Source: a virus
Direction: 5' to 3' (one strand)
IMG/VR virus record: IMGVR_UViG_3300038427_000078
Length of the DNA: 64,000 nt
Notes under the pieces: generated by a model
What the model saw: the letters and a program-made list of their open reading frames with translations, nothing else
What the model was told of the DNA's origin: nothing
Database searches by the model: none
Part shown: positions 61,482 to 64,000 of the stretch, in pieces
Layout: each line of letters starts with the position of its first letter
Numbering within the stretch: the first letter of the stretch is position 1
Translations under genes and position numbers: made by a program

Positions 61482-63609
61482 CCAGGTGGAAAATTCCCTA
61501 GCGCCTAAGCACATCAGCATCATTGAGTTCGCTGAATCGTCAGACTACTGCGGCAAGACCCTCTATCCTCGGCAGGCCGTTCTTCTCAAGCTGCTCAACC
61601 TTGAGGAGCTAACAGGCGAGGAGGAGGACGTACTCGACTACTGGCTCAAGGGCGGGCGTAACGGTACCGAGATTGAGATTTCGCCCAATGTGCGCGAGCG
61701 TGTCGAATGGCTCCGCGAGAACGACTACCCGCACTTCCGCGAGGCTATCCTCGTCGGGGGTCGCCGTAGCTCCAAGGGATTCTGCACCGGCATCCAGATG
61801 GCGTACGTCATGTGGAACTGCTTGCAGTTGCAGGATCCTGGCGCGTACTACGGCATCGACCCGGAGAAGGAAATCTACTTCTCCTGTGTCGCCGGTTCCG
61901 AGGAACAGGCGAAGGAGTTCCAGTACGCCGACTTTTCGTCAACCGTGACGACGTGCAAGTCCTTCGACCCGTACATCATCAAGTCCCTAGAGACTGAGCT
62001 TCGCATCGCCACCGAGACTGACCTCCGTCGCATTCACACGGAGAAGGCCAAGGGGAACCGCATCCAGAAGGACATCGCTCGACTTCGAGGCAAGGCTCTT
62101 GCCGCGAACGCCGGTACGCTGCGTGGATCAGCTACCATGGCTATCTGCATAGACGAGATGGCGCACATGATCCCCGGTGAGTCGAAGGCTGCCGCTGATC
62201 AGGTCTACAACGCCGCCGACCCGTCCCTCGACCAGTTCGGCGTAGACGGCATGATGTTCTGCAACTCAAGCCCGTACTCCAAGGTGGGTATGTTCTTCGA
62301 CCGCTTCGAAGCGGCAAAGGTGAAGTTCGATCCTGACCGTCCGCTAGATGACGTTGTAGTCGTGGGTGAGGAGGGTGACATCGATATTCATGAACTCAAT
62401 GGCGACCCGCGTATCTTCACCTTGCAGTTCGCGTCATGGTCGCTCTTCGAGGGTTACCAGAAGTCGAAGCACGCCAAGCGCCTCAAATGGACCCTCATGG
62501 CTTGCCCGGAGTGGGACGAGGACGAGAAGAACGAGGACGGCACTCCGTACTGGAACGACAAAGACATCACCGCGATCAAGGCCGCACGTTCCAAGGAGAA
62601 ACAGAACCCGGAGACATACAAAGTCGAGCGTCGTGGCAAATTCGCAGAGGTCACCGAAGCGTACATCCCAGGTGGCGTCGTGGACAAAATGTTCGCGGGC
62701 CTCCCTATCGAATGGGTATCGAAGATGAACCCACGCACGCATGAGCAGGGACCGCTCGAACCTGTGTACGCGGAGTTGGCAACGAATGACATGGGCCGCG
62801 TGGGTGAGTACGGCAGGCACAAGTTCCACATCGATCCGTCATCCACCACCGCTGGATTCGGCTTCGCCATCGCGCATCCGGAGAACATCGTCAACGGGGC
62901 CACAATGGTCGAGGAGGAACACGTTGTCTTCGATGTCATCCAGCGCTGGCAGCCGCAGCACTTCGCGGGCAAAGTCATCGACTGGCACATCGTGCTCCCT
63001 GAACTCGTAGGCTTCGCGGAACTCTTCCGCCCGTTCGAGATTACCTTCGGCCAGCATGAGTCGCTACAGGCGATGCAGGAACTCGATGAAAAACTCCGCC
63101 AGAAAAACTACGGCACGCGCATCTTCCAGTCCAAAGAGACAGCGGAGCTAAACTGGAAGCGTTGGGAGGTCACCAAGACCTCGATGTACTCTGGCTACGT
63201 CCACGCGCCGAAAGACACCGAGGATGCCAAGTTCGCTGCTCTTGAGTTGAAGTTCTTGCAGAAGCAGGCAGGCGCAGGGCGCTGGCCTCGCATCGACAAG
63301 CAGGAAATGGGTCCGGTCCAGACGAAGGATATGGCGGACTGTATAGCCGAGTGTGTGTCCACATTGATAGGCAATCAGATAGCGAACCGCACCCGTGACC
63401 GATTGACCCACTCGGCCCTATTGGGCGGCTCTCCGGGCGGCTACCAGATCGGCCTCGGCAGCAACCCAGCAGTGGGCGGAGCCGGTCCTCCGAACATCTC
63501 CGAGTATTACTCCCGCCGTGATGAGAAGATCGGCGGCGGAGGCAATCCGGCCCGAGGAGTGCTGGGAGGCGGCAGGAACCGCCGCAACCGGAACAAGGCA
63601 AGATGGTAA
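61468..63609 (+). CDS. Terminase large subunit
   Basis: Walker A 'GGRRSSKG', Walker B 'ICIDE', 'SSP', nuclease 'HIDPS', 'KDMADC'. Confidence 0.88.
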   Translation: MKLLDQVENSLAPKHISIIEFAESSDYCGKTLYPRQAVLLKLLNLEELTGEEEDVLDYWLKGGRNGTEIEISPNVRERVEWLRENDYPHFREAILVGGRRSSKGFCTGIQMAYVMWNCLQLQDPGAYYGIDPEKEIYFSCVAGSEEQAKEFQYADFSSTVTTCKSFDPYIIKSLETELRIATETDLRRIHTEKAKGNRIQKDIARLRGKALAANAGTLRGSATMAICIDEMAHMIPGESKAAADQVYNAADPSLDQFGVDGMMFCNSSPYSKVGMFFDRFEAAKVKFDPDRPLDDVVVVGEEGDIDIHELNGDPRIFTLQFASWSLFEGYQKSKHAKRLKWTLMACPEWDEDEKNEDGTPYWNDKDITAIKAARSKEKQNPETYKVERRGKFAEVTEAYIPGGVVDKMFAGLPIEWVSKMNPRTHEQGPLEPVYAELATNDMGRVGEYGRHKFHIDPSSTTAGFGFAIAHPENIVNGATMVEEEHVVFDVIQRWQPQHFAGKVIDWHIVLPELVGFAELFRPFEITFGQHESLQAMQELDEKLRQKNYGTRIFQSKETAELNWKRWEVTKTSMYSGYVHAPKDTEDAKFAALELKFLQKQAGAGRWPRIDKQEMGPVQTKDMADCIAECVSTLIGNQIANRTRDRLTHSALLGGSPGGYQIGLGSNPAVGGAGPPNISEYYSRRDEKIGGGGNPARGVLGGGRNRRNRNKARW

Positions 63610-63648
63610 GACACGTACTTTAGAGTTGGATCGGGCCGATAACAACTG

Positions 63649-64000
63649 ATGAGACTTTCCGCCACCTACGTATATGAGGGTGACACGATCTTTGCCTTTC
63701 ACGGCAACACCCTGATCACGCACGGAACAGAACACAGCGCAGTCGAGCAGACGGCTGTTGACTACCTCAACAACCTTGTCAAGAAGGACAAGGAGGACGA
63801 CAACGCAACCGAGGTCAAGAGTGCCCGCTTCATCGAAACCCCGAATGGGCTGAAAGGCGAAATCCTTGGCAACGTCAAGGGCCTTTGGGATGACGAGATT
63901 ACGGTGCGTTGGGAGAACGGTCGTATCGCCAAGTACGATACACGTCTTGAGGGCAAGTACACCAAGACCGCAGGCACCGGCGAGCCGGAAAGCGCTCTCG
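63649..64000 (+). CDS. Hypothetical protein, 3'-partial (MRLSATYVYEGD...)
   Basis: Frame is open to window end. Confidence 0.6.
   Translation, partial: MRLSATYVYEGDTIFAFHGNTLITHGTEHSAVEQTAVDYLNNLVKKDKEDDNATEVKSARFIETPNGLKGEILGNVKGLWDDEITVRWENGRIAKYDTRLEGKYTKTAGTGEPESAL

Noticed and set aside
63646-63670. CTGATGAG hammerhead-like core
   Set aside because: No matching stem II/GAAA; it is simply the start of the next ORF.

Overview
A 64-kb segment of a large, GC-rich tailed phage genome. It is probably a contractile-tailed phage of an Actinomycetota host (inferred from gene content, leaderless promoters and tRNA style). Layout: (1) 1-15953, + strand baseplate/tail module. (2) 16049-38259, mostly - strand replication/recombination module (SNF2 helicase, sigma-like factor, cysteine dioxygenase, RuvC, RecA, DnaE, RNase H, primase, DnaB, DnaC-like). 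(3) 38527-44533, + strand NrdJ, ClpP and small genes. (4) ~44700-56250, a dense RNA island with about 29 tRNA genes, several broken tRNA halves, a tmRNA, a reduced RNase P RNA, unexplained structured spacers and many homing endonucleases. (5) 56473-64000, lysis genes, tail-fibre-like genes and terminase. The standout observation is an RNase P RNA (54569-55155) with an intact-looking catalytic core. Its P19 helix is extended to ~29 bp and loops out a complete LAGLIDADG ORF, whose RBS and start codon pair with its own last codons. This looks like a homing endonuclease living inside a non-splicing ribozyme. All calls were made by eye from motifs and base-pairing; no database searches were run.
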